Assembly: GCA_964199315.1 (NCBI GenBank)
Contig: OZ116703.1
Span: 27,900,001 to 27,964,000 of the forward strand
Length of the DNA: 64,000 nucleotides
Direction: 5' to 3'
DNA from: Orbicella franksi
Lineage: Eukaryota
Part shown: positions 62,201 through 64,000 of the stretch, in pieces
Position numbering within the stretch: the first letter of the stretch is position 1
Layout of the letters: each line of letters begins with the position of its first letter
The notes under the pieces: generated by a model
The model's input: the letters and a program-made list of their open reading frames with translations, nothing else
The model's database searches: none
Told to the model about the DNA's origin: nothing
Position numbers and translations under genes: made by a program

Positions 62201-63848
62201 TTATTAATTTATCAATCTATCCTCTTTCCATCAATTTTGTATGTGAACATCTCTGTTCATAAGTACTTATAGGTAATATGTTGACTGCACAAACCCAAAA
62301 AGTAATTTATACATCTCATTGGGTTTTTTAATAACGTAAACACTAGTGAATAAACTATACCTTTTTACTCAAAATTTTTGTAACAAATTGGGGATGAGGC
62401 TTTTCTGCCTTTAAGTTGCATAAATTAACACTTTTCATCAAAAATTATAAGTCTGTATAGCATTTACTAATAAGAACTTCATAACACTATACCAGAGTAC
62501 ACAAAAATCATTGCTTAAATTGCAAGTTTGATAGCTTATGCGGGTTTATGTTCAACAAAATTAATGTAAGCTTCTATACATGTAGAGCATCTTTCTTAAG
62601 ACTCCACTTTTGATTTATTTTGGTATCTCTCCAAAAACATTTTTTCCAAAATTTGAGCTCCAAACTTAGGGGTTCGGCTTATGTACCAGTGCAGCTTATC
62701 CACTGGTGTTCACAGTACCATATTTTGCTTACTTTTCAACTTTTTACTCACCTCTGTAGGATTTGGAAACATACAGCAACTCATAAAATATCTGCACATG
62801 TGAAGAAGCTAGTCATAAAAAGGGATAAGTGACGATTTTGGTTGTTGTTTTTTTTTTTGCTCCAAATTAGCTGAAATTTTGCATGTGGACTTCATTTCAG
62901 CTGAAAGTATTGCCCTGTATTTTTTTTTTCGCTGGGTTGCTCTTCGTTTTCGAGAAATAACATATGCAAAAAAAGGCACTTTTCCTAGCGGCATCTTTTT
63001 GTCGAACGCGAAACAAAAGAAACCTTTTGTTTTGCTGGACAATGAAATCAACGAAGCGTCACATTAGCCGCTCGTTGTTCGTGCCGATACAAGTATCCCA
63101 TTCATAAGAAAATGCTTACTTATTCATATTGTCGTGTTAGTACAGGCGATTAAAGCGCTACATGGATCGAGAGCAGGTACATTTGTAGTGAGTCGAGTTC
63201 GACACGACGCCGGCCCCTCTTTTTTTTTCTTTTTTTTTTTTGTTTGTTTGTTTGTTGTTTTTTTTTTTTGTTGATTTCTCCTCTTCTTTTTGAAACCAAA
63301 ACATTAAAATAGCCCGTTCAGTCGACGCTGCTAGTGCTAAAATAAACCGTTCGAGTTCACATCGAAATACACCTTCGATTAATAACATTCGGTGTGTATC
63401 GAAAGATTCACCCATTTATCGATGCCACCATCTGTAGGATTTGGAAACATACAGCAACTCACAGAATATCTGCACATGGTTGTGTTGTCAGTGGTAAAAT
63501 ATTTATTTTGGGTTTATAATTTTTCAAGCCAGTTTGATTTCTAGTTCCCTTTGTTTCAAATTATATGATGACTATCACAAGCCATTGAAAAATAAAAGTC
63601 AACCTGGTTTGAAACAAAGATAAATCTAAATGTTACCACAACATATTTTATAATAATTTTATTTAATGTCTCTTACTAAAATGTTTGGTAGAAATTTGTC
63701 AGATTAATAGTATTTTTTGATAAATTTATTGTTGTATAATGAAACTATTGAATACAATTAAAATTTAACTTCATTTCTAGGCTGATGCACTGATAGCTTT
63801 GCCAGGAGGTTATGGTACCATTGAAGAACTTCTTGAAATGATCACATG
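59237..63848 (+). CDS. LOG: LOG (LONELY GUY)-family nucleotide/cytokinin-riboside-5'-monophosphate phosphoribohydrolase, 3'-incomplete; exons 59237-59312, 60868-61011, 62071-62150, 63781-63848
   Basis: Spliced product MSLKTVTVFCGSSSGNDPRFEESARALGQCLVKNKINLIYGGGSVGLMGTVAKTVADGGCDVTGFLPEFFVTRNPEHLKGIGRTVLVEDMHTRKRNMLEQADALIALPGGYGTIEELLEMITW. It carries the VFCGSS, YGGGxxGLMG, DMHxRK and PGGxGTxEE signatures. All introns are GT-AG and in phase. Confidence 0.93.
59947..60652. mobile_element. Nested MITEs in LOG intron 1 (inner ~59961-60385 within an outer CAGGGGCGGATCCAGG-type element)
   Basis: Inner TIR gggtactcgcagtatacatga / tcatgtatactgtgagtacc; outer ends caagggcagatttagg / cctggatccactcttg. 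Confidence 0.6.
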
Positions 63849-63885
63849 GTGAGAATATACATGTACCCCGGTATGATATTCAACT

Positions 63886-63975
63886 GCCGCCTGGTTAGCT
63901 CAGTTGGTAGAACACCAGACTGCTGTATGGGAGGTCGAGGGTTCAAGCCCCAGACCGGACCAACACTTAGGGTCT
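63886..63975 (+). mobile_element. tRNA-derived SINE head in LOG intron 4
   Basis: gttagctcagttggtagaaca (A-box) ... gggttcaagccc (B-box) followed by non-tRNA sequence; the anticodon arm does not form a clean cloverleaf. Confidence 0.65.
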
Positions 63976-64000
63976 ACCTTTGTGCTACCTTGGTAAATAC

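Noticed and set aside
59237-63848. LOG gene as bacterial or symbiont contamination
   Set aside because: It has GT-AG introns with AT-rich composition and MITE/SINE insertions like the neighbouring animal genes, and no assembly gap separates it from RNPS1.
63886-63965. Possible tRNA gene
   Set aside because: A/B boxes are present but there is no clean acceptor or anticodon stem, and the sequence continues into SINE body; it is a tRNA-derived SINE head, as are 9254, 13563, 14587, 17817 and 32871.

Overview
Eukaryotic, AT-rich, intron-rich animal DNA. It is most likely an anthozoan cnidarian (stony coral), an inference from the J-domain/GW182 fusion and the repeat families. By hand-splicing GT/GC-AG exons with consistent phases I can build five recognisable genes: (1) GW182/TNRC6 with an N-terminal DnaJ domain (+, 5585-23787, 19 exons, ~1853 aa); (2) IRE1/ERN1 (-, 26725-39625, 25 exons, ~891 aa), tail-to-tail with GW182; (3) TEX2 (+, 41736-48292, 4 exons, first intron GC-AG), head-to-head with IRE1; (4) RNPS1 (+, 52056-57274, start codon split by an intron); (5) an intron-containing LOG/'LONELY GUY' family phosphoribohydrolase (+, from 59237, running off the right edge) with intact MHxRK and PGGxGTxEE motifs, the most unexpected gene for an animal. 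Two small unidentified minus-strand genes lie at the left end. Introns and intergenic DNA hold tRNA-derived SINEs, many MITEs, a Foldback/MULE-like element with a 9-bp TSD between IRE1 and TEX2, a decayed 5'-truncated LINE, simple repeats and one 156-N assembly gap. All orthology calls come from recognising motifs by eye; no database search was run.
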